DNA of 64,000 nucleotides from an uncultured Alphaproteobacteria bacterium (GTDB taxonomy: Bacteria > Pseudomonadota > Alphaproteobacteria > Geminicoccales > Geminicoccaceae): NCBI GenBank assembly GCA_963730195.1, contig CAVSRN010000048.1:30466-94465 (forward strand), read 5' to 3'. The position numbers and the translations under genes were made by a program. Positions 10,129-19,187 of this stretch are shown here, piece by piece (position 1 is the stretch's first letter; every line of letters begins with the position of its first letter). Under the pieces are notes generated by a model, which had not been told where the DNA came from, did not search any database, and worked only from the letters and a program-made list of their open reading frames with translations.

Positions 10129-11922
10129 TCAGGCGGCGGCGAACCGCCGTTTGGCGTCGACCTTCGCCAGACGCCGGATCTCGGCCAGGATGTCGTCGAC
10201 CGGCATCGGCCGGCCGGTCACCCGATCGAGACGGTGGACCAGGCAGCCGGTCGCGCCGGTCATCAGATGAGCGAACTGGCCCTCGAAGTTGAGCTCGGGC
10301 ACCAGGACCTCGCGGCAATCGGCGCAGAACCGGGCGATCGCCTCGACCGGCAGCGGCGAGAGCATGACCACCTTCATCGCGGCGCAGCGGATGCCCTCGG
10401 CGCGTGCCTTGAGGGTCGCCTCGAGCGCCTCGCCGAAGGTCGAGCCCCAGGCGATGACCCCGACCTCGACCTGGCCGTCGTCGCCGAACCGCTTCCAGGT
10501 CGTGAGGTCCGGGTGACCGACCGCCGTGGCGAGCTTGGCGTGCCGCTTCCCGGTCATGCGGGCGTGGACCTCGGGCGTGTCCTTGGGCCGCCCGGCCTCG
10601 TTGTGCTCGAGCCCGGTGATGGTGTGGATGCCGCCCTCCTGGCCCGGCACCGCGCGCGGGCTGACCCCGTCGTCGGTGAGCGCGAAACGCTGGTAGGCGA
10701 CGCCCGGCTGGCGGCCGTCGAGGCCTTTGATCAGGCTCGGCGCGAACGGCGCCTTGGCGGGCAGGGAGACGCTCTCGAGCCGGTTGGAGAGATAGAGGTC
10801 GAGCAGAACGATCACCGGCGTCTGATACTTCTCGGCGAGCTCGAACGCCTTGCCGGCGCAGCGATAGCAGCCCTCGACGTTGGTCGGCGCGAGCACGATC
10901 CGCTGGGCGTCGCCCGAGGCGCCATAGACCGCGAGGTTGAGGTCCGACTGCTCGGTCTTGGTCGGCATCCCGGTCGACGGGCCGCCGCGCTGCGAGACGA
11001 AGATCACGACCGGCACCTCGGCCATGACGCCGAGCCCCAGCATCTCGACCATGAGCGCGAGACCCGGGCCCGAGGTCGCGGTCGCCGCCCGGGCGCCGGC
11101 ATAACCGGCGCCGATCGCCGCCGAGATCGCCGAGATCTCGTCCTCGGTCTGCAGCACCCGCCCGCCCTGCTTGGGCAGGCGCGCCGCCAGCATCTCGAGG
11201 ATCGTGGTCGCGGGCGTGATCGGATAGCCGAAGAAGGTCTCGACATGGGCATCCAGGCAGCCGCGCGCGATCGCCTGGTTGCCGCTCATCATGACCGCAC
11301 CGGGCTCGGGCTTGCCGGTCGGCCCGAGCTCGATGAAGTCGAGCTTGAAGGTCCGGACCGCCTCCTCGTAGCCGGCATCGAAGGCCTTGATGTTGCCCTC
11401 GGTGATGGTGTCCGCCTTGCCCTTGAACTTGGCCGCGATGGTCTCGTGGAAGGCCGCCCGCGGCATGCCGTAGAGGCCGGCGACGAAGCCCAGCGCCACC
11501 ATGTTGCGCGACTTGCCGGCGTTGGTCGCGCGCTCCGAGATCTCGCGCATCGAAAGGCCATAGGGCAGCTGCGCCGGCCGGATGTGGCCGGAGATGTGCT
11601 GGCCCTCCTTCAGGGTCGCGATCGGCGCGTCGTCGTAGATCACCGCCCCGAAGTCGCAGACCTCCGGGACATGCGCGATCGCATGGCCATCGTTGAGCGA
11701 GACCAGGACGTCGGAGCGCGCCTTGAGCGAATAGACCTGGTCGGCGGTGATCCTGGAGCAGGCGATGCACTCGCCAAAACCCCGGATCTCGGCCGGATAG
11801 ACGTCGAAGGCGATGACCCGGTAGCCGGCACGCGCCATCGCCTGGTTGAGGATCCCGCCGGCGGCGATCGTGCCGTCGCCGGCGGAGCCGCAGATCGCGA
11901 TCTGGATGTCGGTATCGCTCAT
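10129..11922 (-). CDS. korA: 2-oxoacid:ferredoxin oxidoreductase alpha subunit
   Basis: Track ORF 10129..11949. Fused gamma/alpha-type sequence (ICGSAGDGTI..., GYPITPAT, TSGPGLALM). Start ATG 11922 after AGGTGAG. Confidence 0.85.
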   Translation of the reverse strand: MSDTDIQIAICGSAGDGTIAAGGILNQAMARAGYRVIAFDVYPAEIRGFGECIACSRITADQVYSLKARSDVLVSLNDGHAIAHVPEVCDFGAVIYDDAPIATLKEGQHISGHIRPAQLPYGLSMREISERATNAGKSRNMVALGFVAGLYGMPRAAFHETIAAKFKGKADTITEGNIKAFDAGYEEAVRTFKLDFIELGPTGKPEPGAVMMSGNQAIARGCLDAHVETFFGYPITPATTILEMLAARLPKQGGRVLQTEDEISAISAAIGAGYAGARAATATSGPGLALMVEMLGLGVMAEVPVVIFVSQRGGPSTGMPTKTEQSDLNLAVYGASGDAQRIVLAPTNVEGCYRCAGKAFELAEKYQTPVIVLLDLYLSNRLESVSLPAKAPFAPSLIKGLDGRQPGVAYQRFALTDDGVSPRAVPGQEGGIHTITGLEHNEAGRPKDTPEVHARMTGKRHAKLATAVGHPDLTTWKRFGDDGQVEVGVIAWGSTFGEALEATLKARAEGIRCAAMKVVMLSPLPVEAIARFCADCREVLVPELNFEGQFAHLMTGATGCLVHRLDRVTGRPMPVDDILAEIRRLAKVDAKRRFAAA

Positions 11923-11933
11923 CGGGCGCTCAC

Positions 11934-12965
11934 CTAATCGTAGTCCCAAAAGGACGAGTGGAGCCGGCCCTGGCCGTCGACCGCCAGGGTCTCGTCGACG
12001 AAGGTCCGAAACGACTGCTCGGCGCCGGCGATGTTGCGGGCCGCGATCTCGCCCATCGCCTTGACGTTCTTCCAGCCGTAGTAGAAGCGGTAGGCGTTCT
12101 CTTCCGCGCTCCAGATCTGGCAGACGTCGCCCGCCGCCCAGATGTGCGGATCGGTGGTCCGCAGCTCGGGGTTGACCAGGAGGCCGCGCTCGATGTCGAC
12201 GCCCGAGCCGACCATGAACTCGAGCGAGGGCACGAGGCCGTAGAACGCCATCACGACGTCGGCCGCGAGTTCCTGGCCATCGGTCAGCACGACCCGGCGC
12301 GCCGGGCCGCCACCCTCGGCCGCCTCGATCCGCTCGACCGGGCGGCTGTCCAGCACCTCGATCCCGGCCCGGCCGAGCGCCTCGAACAGGGTCGGCCGGT
12401 CGGCCTGGTCGACCTTGTGCGGCCAGAACGTCTGCTCGCTCGGGATCAGGATCACCCGGTGGCCGGTCGCCACCATGGCGTGGGCGACGTCGAGGCCGAG
12501 GATGTCGCCGCCGAGCATGATCACCGTGCCGCCCTCGGGCAGGGCGTCGGCGGTCGTGATCGCGGTCCGGTAGGTCACGAAGCTATGCAGGAGCGGCCGC
12601 GAATCGGCGAGCGTCGGCGGCAGATAGCCGGCCCCGCCGCTCGCGATCAGGAGGTGGTCGTAGCCGACCTCCTCGCGGTGCGCGAGCACGAGCATGCGCC
12701 GGCGCGGGTCGACCTGGACGACCCGGCATTTGCGCCGGACCGCGATCCGGTGGTCGTCGTAGTAGGACGGCGGATAGACCAGATAGTCGCGCCAGTCGCG
12801 CTTGCCACGGAAGATCTGCGGCAGCTGGTAGCGGTCATAGAAGAGCAGCGCGCCGATCGAGATGATCGTGATCCGGTTGTCCGGGTCGAGCTCGCGCAGC
12901 ACCGCGGCCGCGCGGTTGCCGGCGACGCCGTTGCCGATGATCACGTGGTGGGCTGGGCTCGCCAT
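11934..12965 (-). CDS. FAD-dependent pyridine nucleotide-disulfide oxidoreductase
   Basis: 343-aa ORF with HVIIGNGVAGNRAA and a second dinucleotide-binding motif (VIMLGGDILGLDVA), plus IWAAGDV. Confidence 0.8.
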   Translation of the reverse strand: MASPAHHVIIGNGVAGNRAAAVLRELDPDNRITIISIGALLFYDRYQLPQIFRGKRDWRDYLVYPPSYYDDHRIAVRRKCRVVQVDPRRRMLVLAHREEVGYDHLLIASGGAGYLPPTLADSRPLLHSFVTYRTAITTADALPEGGTVIMLGGDILGLDVAHAMVATGHRVILIPSEQTFWPHKVDQADRPTLFEALGRAGIEVLDSRPVERIEAAEGGGPARRVVLTDGQELAADVVMAFYGLVPSLEFMVGSGVDIERGLLVNPELRTTDPHIWAAGDVCQIWSAEENAYRFYYGWKNVKAMGEIAARNIAGAEQSFRTFVDETLAVDGQGRLHSSFWDYD

Positions 12966-12986
12966 GGCTGACCGGTCCCGATCCGC

Positions 12987-14831
12987 TCACACGTCCTGAT
13001 AGAAGATCTCGTTCTTGGTGATCGAGATACAGCGCGTCGGGCAGACCATGTAGCAGGCGCCGCAGCGGATGCACTCGTTGTTGTCGATCCAGATCGCCCC
13101 CACCCGGTCCCACTCGGCGGTCTCCTCGAGCTCGCCGTAGCTGCCGTCCTCCTTGATGTCGATGCCGCTGACCAGCTTGATGCAATTCCGGGGTGCCACC
13201 TCGATGCAGGCGCGGCAATAGATGCAGTTGTCGGGGTCGATCTCGTATTTGTGGTGGCAGAGGTAACAGCGCTTGGCCTCCTCGACCGCGAGCTCCTGGT
13301 CGTAGCCCTTCTCGGCCTCGAGGGTGAGCGTGTCGAAGCGCGACCTCATCGGCTCCATGGGGATGTGCTGGCCCGGGATGAAGTCCCAGGACCGGTCGCG
13401 TCGCGGCTCCTCGACCGGCTCGATCTTGACCACCAGCTTGCGCCGCTCGCGGCCCATCAGCCAATGGTCCATCTTGAGCGCGGTCTTGCGCCCGAGGCCG
13501 ACCGCCTCGACCACGGTCGAGGCGCCGATCACGAAGTCGCCGGCCGCATACAGCCCCTCGACCGAGGTCATGCCGTCCTCGCGCACCTTGACGTTGCCCC
13601 AGCGGTCGAGCTCGACCGGCAGGTCCAGGTAGTCGTTGACGGTCTTCTGGCCGATCGCGATCAGGAGCGTGTCGCAGGGCTCGACGAACTCCGAGCCCTC
13701 GATCGGGATCGCCTGCCGGCGGCCGCCCGCACGCCAGCCGCCGAGCCGGTTCTGGGCGAACTGGACGCCGGTCAGATGGCCGGCCTCGTCGGTGATCAGC
13801 CCTACGGGCGTGCGCAGTCCGAGAATCTTGGTGCCTTCGCGCTTGGCCTCGTGGATCTCCTCCTTGGTCACCGGGATGTATTCCTCGGTCGTGCGGATGT
13901 GGATCGTGACGTCCTCGGCACCGAGGCGCAGCGAGACCCTTGCGCAATCGAGTGCTGTGAAGCCCGCGCCGACCACCGCGACCCGCTTGCCGACGGTCTT
14001 GGTCTCGCCGCGGTGCAGCTCCATCAGGAAGTCGAGGCCGTACTCGGCATTCGGGATCTTGCGCGCCGGATCGTCGGCGCCGTCCTCGACCCCGCGCAGC
14101 GGCAGGCGGATCGCCGCCATGCAGCCGGTTGCCAGCAGCACGGCATCATAGTCCTTGAGCAGCTTGGACAGGCGGACATCGTTCGGCCCGGTGCCGACCG
14201 CGACGCCGGCCTTGAGCTCGACCCCGAGCCGGAGGGCGTTGCGAACCTCGACCGAGAGCACGTCGCGCGGCAGGCGGAACGCGGGGATGCCGTAGTAGAG
14301 CATGCCGCCCGCGATCGCCTCGGCCTCGAAGATCGTGACGTCGTGGCCGAGCATCGAGAGGTCGTGGGCAGCCGCGATCCCGGCCGAGCCCGCGCCGACG
14401 ATCGCGACCCGCTTGCCCGACGGCGTGAACAGGTTCTCGGTGATCCGGTGGCCGGACGGCTTGTGGTCGGCGGCCGCGCGCTTGAGGTGGCAGATGTTGA
14501 CCGGGGTGCCGTTGCCGGGCCAGCCGTGGCGGCAGGCATCCTCGCAAGGGCGCGAGCAGATCCGCCCGAGCGTGCCTGGCAGCACGTTGGCGATCCGGTT
14601 CAATTCGTACGAGCGGCCGTAGCGGTTCTCGAGGATCATCTGGATGTAGGCCGGCACGTTGGTGTCGGCGGGGCAGGCGGTCTGGCAGGGGATGTTCTGG
14701 CGCACCCAGCCGACATCGCGCGGATCGGTCGAGTAGCGGACCGGCGTCACCACCCGGCGGCCATAGGACTGGCGCTCGGAAAAGTCTTCGTCCTCGTCGA
14801 GATAGACCTTGCGGATCTGCTCTCCGGTCAT
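12987..14831 (-). CDS. glutamate synthase small-subunit (GltD/NfnB)-like flavoprotein fused to a 2x[4Fe-4S] ferredoxin domain
   Basis: 614-aa ORF. N-terminal Cys clusters (CQTACPADTN, RPCEDACRHGW), VAIVGAGSAGIAAA and VAVVGAGFTALD folds, and C-terminal CIYCRACIEVAP...CIRCGACYMVCP. Confidence 0.8.
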   Translation of the reverse strand: MTGEQIRKVYLDEDEDFSERQSYGRRVVTPVRYSTDPRDVGWVRQNIPCQTACPADTNVPAYIQMILENRYGRSYELNRIANVLPGTLGRICSRPCEDACRHGWPGNGTPVNICHLKRAAADHKPSGHRITENLFTPSGKRVAIVGAGSAGIAAAHDLSMLGHDVTIFEAEAIAGGMLYYGIPAFRLPRDVLSVEVRNALRLGVELKAGVAVGTGPNDVRLSKLLKDYDAVLLATGCMAAIRLPLRGVEDGADDPARKIPNAEYGLDFLMELHRGETKTVGKRVAVVGAGFTALDCARVSLRLGAEDVTIHIRTTEEYIPVTKEEIHEAKREGTKILGLRTPVGLITDEAGHLTGVQFAQNRLGGWRAGGRRQAIPIEGSEFVEPCDTLLIAIGQKTVNDYLDLPVELDRWGNVKVREDGMTSVEGLYAAGDFVIGASTVVEAVGLGRKTALKMDHWLMGRERRKLVVKIEPVEEPRRDRSWDFIPGQHIPMEPMRSRFDTLTLEAEKGYDQELAVEEAKRCYLCHHKYEIDPDNCIYCRACIEVAPRNCIKLVSGIDIKEDGSYGELEETAEWDRVGAIWIDNNECIRCGACYMVCPTRCISITKNEIFYQDV

Positions 14832-15039
14832 CGCTTCTCTTGAGCCCCCAGCCAGGCTTGCTCCAGCCCCCCGGTCCAGCCGCTGCGCCCGACCGTGCGC
14901 GCTGCGGATGAACCAACCCTGATTCCGGTATCTAGGCCGATCTGTCGGACTTGACCACCGCCTTGGCGACCTTGTGGGACAGCGTGGTCTTCAATATCGT
15001 GCGTCGGTTGAGTTTTGCCAATGGCTGGGAGCGCGCGCG

Positions 15040-15819
15040 ATGGAACGGGAGCAGCGCCGGCGCCTGCGCGAGATCCAGCGCCGGCGGGGTCAGAACGTCA
15101 ACGAGGCGCCCGAGGTGCGGGCCGCCTGGGAGCGCTGCCGCGAGCTCAGTCTCGGCTATCTGGACGCGGTGGTCGAGCTGCACGCCTCGGGCGTCCCGGG
15201 CGCGGTCCCGGGCTTCGGCAAATACGCCCATCTCGGCCCCGACGAGCAGGTCGCCCGCCAGGACCTCGATTACCGGGACTGGGTGCGGTCCATGGAGGAC
15301 ACGCCCTGGTTCCCGGGCCGGACCCTGGGCCAGGCACGGCTCGAGGCGCTCGAGGCCGAGATCTTCGCGGCCTGGGGCGAGTACGCCTTCCACGCCCGCC
15401 TTCAGAGCGAGCCGGCCAACTGCGCTGGCTTCGACGTCGAGCGGGCGCGCCTGTTCAAGGCGGGTGCCACCGCGGTCGGCTTCGACGACGAGGACGAGCT
15501 GGTCCAGCTCACCGATGGCGGCATGGACCTCTCGGGCCGCGAGGTCGAGGTCCTGATCCCGCCCGAGGCGCTGCGCATCCTGGGCCATGATTTCGGCCTC
15601 AGGAACAAGATCCCGAAGATCGCGCTCCTGACCCGGCAGATCCCGGACTGGGAATACCCGGGCTACTGGCTGATCAAGGACAACCGCGACATCGCCCCCG
15701 CAGCGCTCGCCGACCTCCTGGCGGGCCACCCCGGGGTCACGGAGCGGCAACTCCAGGCGCTGCGCGGCGATCTCGCACCGAGCGTGCTCGCGCCGCCCCA
15801 CCAACCCTCTCCGCGCTAG
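15040..15819 (+). CDS. hypothetical protein
   Basis: Track ORF 14974..15819. Balanced amino-acid composition (W/Y/F/K/D/E) and strong G/C third-position bias, unlike the antisense ORF 14932..15897. No family recognised. Start could be 14974 or 15040. Confidence 0.5.
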   Translation: MEREQRRRLREIQRRRGQNVNEAPEVRAAWERCRELSLGYLDAVVELHASGVPGAVPGFGKYAHLGPDEQVARQDLDYRDWVRSMEDTPWFPGRTLGQARLEALEAEIFAAWGEYAFHARLQSEPANCAGFDVERARLFKAGATAVGFDDEDELVQLTDGGMDLSGREVEVLIPPEALRILGHDFGLRNKIPKIALLTRQIPDWEYPGYWLIKDNRDIAPAALADLLAGHPGVTERQLQALRGDLAPSVLAPPHQPSPR

Positions 15820-16253
15820 CTGCGCCGTTGTCTCGGGTTGGCGCATGGACTCGAGGCCCTCTTGCCTCGAAAAATCTTTCCGGTATCTTCTATTCATACA
15901 TTAGTATACCAGCATAAAGGATTACTCATACTGAATTTTTTCTGAAGCCATTCCCGTGACTCCACTGTTCCCGCCGCCACCGTTCCCGGCCTGGGCGCCG
16001 GGACGGATTCCTACGGTCCCATGGACCCTCCGAAGACTGGGTTAACGGTCAATGGTTAACGTTCGGTTAGCAGCTTCTTGCCTGGCCAGGCACGCGGGTG
16101 GCGGATCCCGAGCGACCAACCTCGGCAGCTCCGCGGCCGGCGTCATGGGAGGGGGGCGGCAACCTGCGCCAGACAAGATCGGCGACGAGCGGCGTCCGGG
16201 GCGGCGCGACGGGCGTTGGTCGGGCTGGCGGGCGCACGCCGAGGGGCCGCAGG

Positions 16254-16832
16254 TCAGTAAGGGTCTTTGGGCGAGCGGTCCTCCGACAGGCTCGGGCGGC
16301 GCGCGCTGAGACGCTCGATCGCGTCGGCGAGGTGGATCTCGGCGATGCTCGGATCGCCCCGCGCGGTCCGGATCTTGTGGCTCTCCATCAGGACCTCGGC
16401 GTGGCTGCAGCCGGCCGGCGGCTCGAACCGGTAGGACGCGAGCTCGATCAGCAGGCCCAGCGGATCGGTGAAATAGATCGAATCCATGAAGCCCCGGTCC
16501 TTGACCCCGCTGTGCCGGATGCCGCGCTCGTCCAACCGCCCCACCGCCTGCTGGAAGGTCGCGCGCGAGACCGCGAAGGCGAGATGGTGGACCGTGCCGG
16601 GCTCGGTCGAGGTCCGGCGCGGATCGGGTTTGCGCTCGTCGTCGGTGAACACCGTGATCAGCCGGCCGTCGCCCGGGTCGAAATAGAGATGGCTCTCGGC
16701 CGGGTTGTCGAGGTTCGGCTGCTCGAACACGAACGGCATGCCGAGCACGCCCTCCCAGAAGTCGATCGAGGTCTGGCGATCGGCGCCGACCAGGGTGATG
16801 TGATGGACCCCCTGGGCCTGCAGCTTGCGCAT
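16254..16832 (-). CDS. VOC (glyoxalase/bleomycin-resistance/ring-cleaving dioxygenase) family protein
   Basis: 192-aa ORF with GVHHITLVG...FWEGVLGM and HHLAF...GFMDSIYFTDPLGLLIEL repeats typical of the VOC fold. Confidence 0.8.
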   Translation of the reverse strand: MRKLQAQGVHHITLVGADRQTSIDFWEGVLGMPFVFEQPNLDNPAESHLYFDPGDGRLITVFTDDERKPDPRRTSTEPGTVHHLAFAVSRATFQQAVGRLDERGIRHSGVKDRGFMDSIYFTDPLGLLIELASYRFEPPAGCSHAEVLMESHKIRTARGDPSIAEIHLADAIERLSARRPSLSEDRSPKDPY

Positions 16833-16996
16833 CGGTGATCTCCCTCAGAACCGGCCGTGGCGCGGCCGCGATCCCTTAGAATGTATCCGCTCCTTACGCG
16901 CGCGCCAGCCGGCGTCAATCGGAGCGCCGGATCGCTGGCCGAGGGCAGGCGTTGACGCTGGCGCGACAGGCTCCATATGCTGTGCTGGAGGTGGCG

Positions 16997-17248
16997 ATGG
17001 CCCTGACCCACAAGACGACCATCCTGCTGTCGGACGTCTTGCATCGGCAGCTGACGCAGCTGGCAGAGGAGCGCGGGCAGAGCCTTGGCGAGCTGGTCCG
17101 CCAGGCCTGTGAACGGCAGTACGGTCTGGCCGACGACCGAGCGCGGCTGGCCGCGGTCGAGGCGCTCGCGGCGCTGCGGCTGCCGGTCGGGCCGGTCGAG
17201 CAGATGATTGCCGAGAGCCTGCCGGACCCGGCGGATCTGCCCGATTGA
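16997..17248 (+). CDS. ribbon-helix-helix antitoxin (VapB-like)
   Basis: 83-aa ORF (MALTHKTTILLSDVLHRQLTQLAEERGQSLGELV). GGAGGTGG lies upstream. The stop overlaps the PIN gene start (ATGA-type 4-nt overlap). Confidence 0.7.
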   Translation: MALTHKTTILLSDVLHRQLTQLAEERGQSLGELVRQACERQYGLADDRARLAAVEALAALRLPVGPVEQMIAESLPDPADLPD

Positions 17249-17652
17249 TCCTGATCGACGCCAACCTCTTCATGTATGCGGCCGGCGCCGAGCATCCCCA
17301 CAAGGCGCCGAGCGTGGCTCTGCTGCGCCGCGTCGCGCGAGGTGAGATTGAGGCCGCGGTCGATGCCGAGGTGTTGCAGGAGATCCTGCACCGCTATCGG
17401 GCCATCCGGCGCTGGCAGAAAGGCCGTGAGGTCTACGCGCTGGCGCGCCGGATCGTGCCGTTGGTCGTAGCGATCACCGACCAGGTGGTCGACCGGGCGC
17501 GGGACCTGCTTGACGGCGACCAGCGCCTCGGTGCCCGCGACGCGCTGCACGCGGCGGTGGTTTTCGACCGCGGCCTCGAGGGCATCTGCAGCTACCACCG
17601 GGATCTGGACCGGATCGCCGGGCTGCGCCGGCTCGAGCCGCCCTCGCCCTGA
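17245..17652 (+). CDS. vapC: PIN-domain toxin (VapC family)
   Basis: 135 aa. MILIDANLFMYA with conserved acidic positions (D5, E44-region, D99). Paired with the upstream RHH gene. Confidence 0.8.
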   Translation: MILIDANLFMYAAGAEHPHKAPSVALLRRVARGEIEAAVDAEVLQEILHRYRAIRRWQKGREVYALARRIVPLVVAITDQVVDRARDLLDGDQRLGARDALHAAVVFDRGLEGICSYHRDLDRIAGLRRLEPPSP

Positions 17653-17943
17653 GCGCCGGGATGTCCTGGGAACCATGAAGGGCCGGTCTCGCTCGAGACC
17701 GGCCCGTCATGGGAGAGTTCCGTGCACGCGTCGGCGCGTCGTTCGGCGCGACCGGAGAGCCGGTCAGGCCGGCGAGCGCGCGGGTCGGTCGCCCGATCTC
17801 GGCTGGTCGCCGCCAGATGGCCCGGCCGCGAGCCCTCGCCTCGGAGCGGCTCGGTCACGCCGATCGGACCCCACGCCGAATCTGCCACGGTTCGGGTAAA
17901 TTCGGGGTGAAAGCGGTCCGGGTGGCGGCAAAATTGTCTCCTA

Positions 17944-19170
17944 TCAGACATGGCCGCCGCCGGGGCCGTCCAGGATGCGCACGTGGAAGCCCGCGGCGCG
18001 CAGCGTGGTCACGACCTCGCCCGCATGCGCGGCGTTGCGGGTCTCGACGATGAAGTCGACCCCGGTCGACTTGATCGACAGCGGCGAGAACGCCCGCTGA
18101 TGCTCGACCTCGAGGATGTTGCCGCCGGCCTCGCCGATCAGCGCGGCGACTTTGGCGAGGTTGCCGGGCGCGTCCGGCATGTCGACCTGGATCGAGATCA
18201 GGCGTCGGGAGTGGACCAGGCCGCGCAGGATGACCACGGACAGGAGGCGCAGATCGATGTTGCCGCCGCACAGGATCAGGCCGACCCGGCGGCCGGCGAA
18301 CCGTTCGCGCGCGCTCATCACCGCGGCGAGGCCGGCGGCGCCGGCGCCCTCGACCACCAGCTTCTCGACCTCGAGCAGGCAGAGGATCGCGGCCTCGATC
18401 GCGGCCTCCTCGACCAGCAGGATGTCGTCGACCAGGGCCTTGACGATCGGCAGCGTGAGGCGGCCCGGTCGCTTGACCGCGATGCCCTCGGCGATGGTCG
18501 GCCGCAGCGGCGCCTCGGGCAGCCCCGCGCGCCTGCGGTACATCGAGGGACAGGCGGCCGCCTGAACGCCCAGGATCTCGATCCCGGGGCTCAGCGCCTT
18601 GGCCGCGGTCGCGACGCCGGCGATCAGGCCGCCGCCGCCGATCGGCACCACCAGGACCTCGAGCTCGGGCACGTCCGCCAGCATCTCGAGACCGATCGTG
18701 CCCTGGCCGGCGATGATCGCCGGATCGTCGTAGGGGTGGATGAAGACCAGGTCGCGCCGGTCGGCGAGCTTTTTGGCATAATCGGCGGCCTCGTCGACCA
18801 ACTCGCCCTCGAGCACGACCCTGGCGCCGAACTGGGCGGTTTTTTCCACTTTTACGAATGGCGTCAGCTTCGGCATCACGATGGTCGCCGGGATGCCGAG
18901 CCGGGTCGCGTGCCAGGCGACGCCCTGGGCGTGGTTGCCGGCCGACATGGCGATCACGCCGCGCTTGCGCTCCGCCTCGGTCAGGCTCTGGAGCTTGACC
19001 AGGGCACCCCGGTCCTTGAACGAGGAGCTGTGCTGGAGGGTCTCGAGCTTGAGGGTGATCTCGGCGCCCAGCACCTCCGACAGGCGCGCCGAGCGCAGGC
19101 AGGGGGTGCGCACGACCTGGCCGGCCACGACCTCGGCCGCGGCCTCGATCTCGGCGAGCGTGATCGCCAT
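17944..19170 (-). CDS. ilvA: threonine ammonia-lyase (threonine dehydratase) with C-terminal ACT-like domain
   Basis: 408 aa. PLP lysine motif SSFKDRGA, GGGGLIAG glycine loop and a C-terminal regulatory domain. Confidence 0.9.
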   Translation of the reverse strand: MAITLAEIEAAAEVVAGQVVRTPCLRSARLSEVLGAEITLKLETLQHSSSFKDRGALVKLQSLTEAERKRGVIAMSAGNHAQGVAWHATRLGIPATIVMPKLTPFVKVEKTAQFGARVVLEGELVDEAADYAKKLADRRDLVFIHPYDDPAIIAGQGTIGLEMLADVPELEVLVVPIGGGGLIAGVATAAKALSPGIEILGVQAAACPSMYRRRAGLPEAPLRPTIAEGIAVKRPGRLTLPIVKALVDDILLVEEAAIEAAILCLLEVEKLVVEGAGAAGLAAVMSARERFAGRRVGLILCGGNIDLRLLSVVILRGLVHSRRLISIQVDMPDAPGNLAKVAALIGEAGGNILEVEHQRAFSPLSIKSTGVDFIVETRNAAHAGEVVTTLRAAGFHVRILDGPGGGHV

Positions 19171-19187
19171 CCTCGGCCAACGCCCGC

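Noticed and set aside
14932-15897. Minus-strand 321-aa ORF overlapping the plus-strand hypothetical gene.
   Set aside because: The plus frame has the G/C third-position bias and a balanced composition. The minus ORF is Arg/Ala/Gly/Leu-rich, as expected for an antisense shadow.
16040-16061. TTAAC...TTAAC direct repeat as a possible CtrA box.
   Set aside because: The half-site spacing is 14 nt start to start, whereas the established CtrA motif TTAA-N7-TTAA requires 11 nt. There is no gene start in a suitable position.
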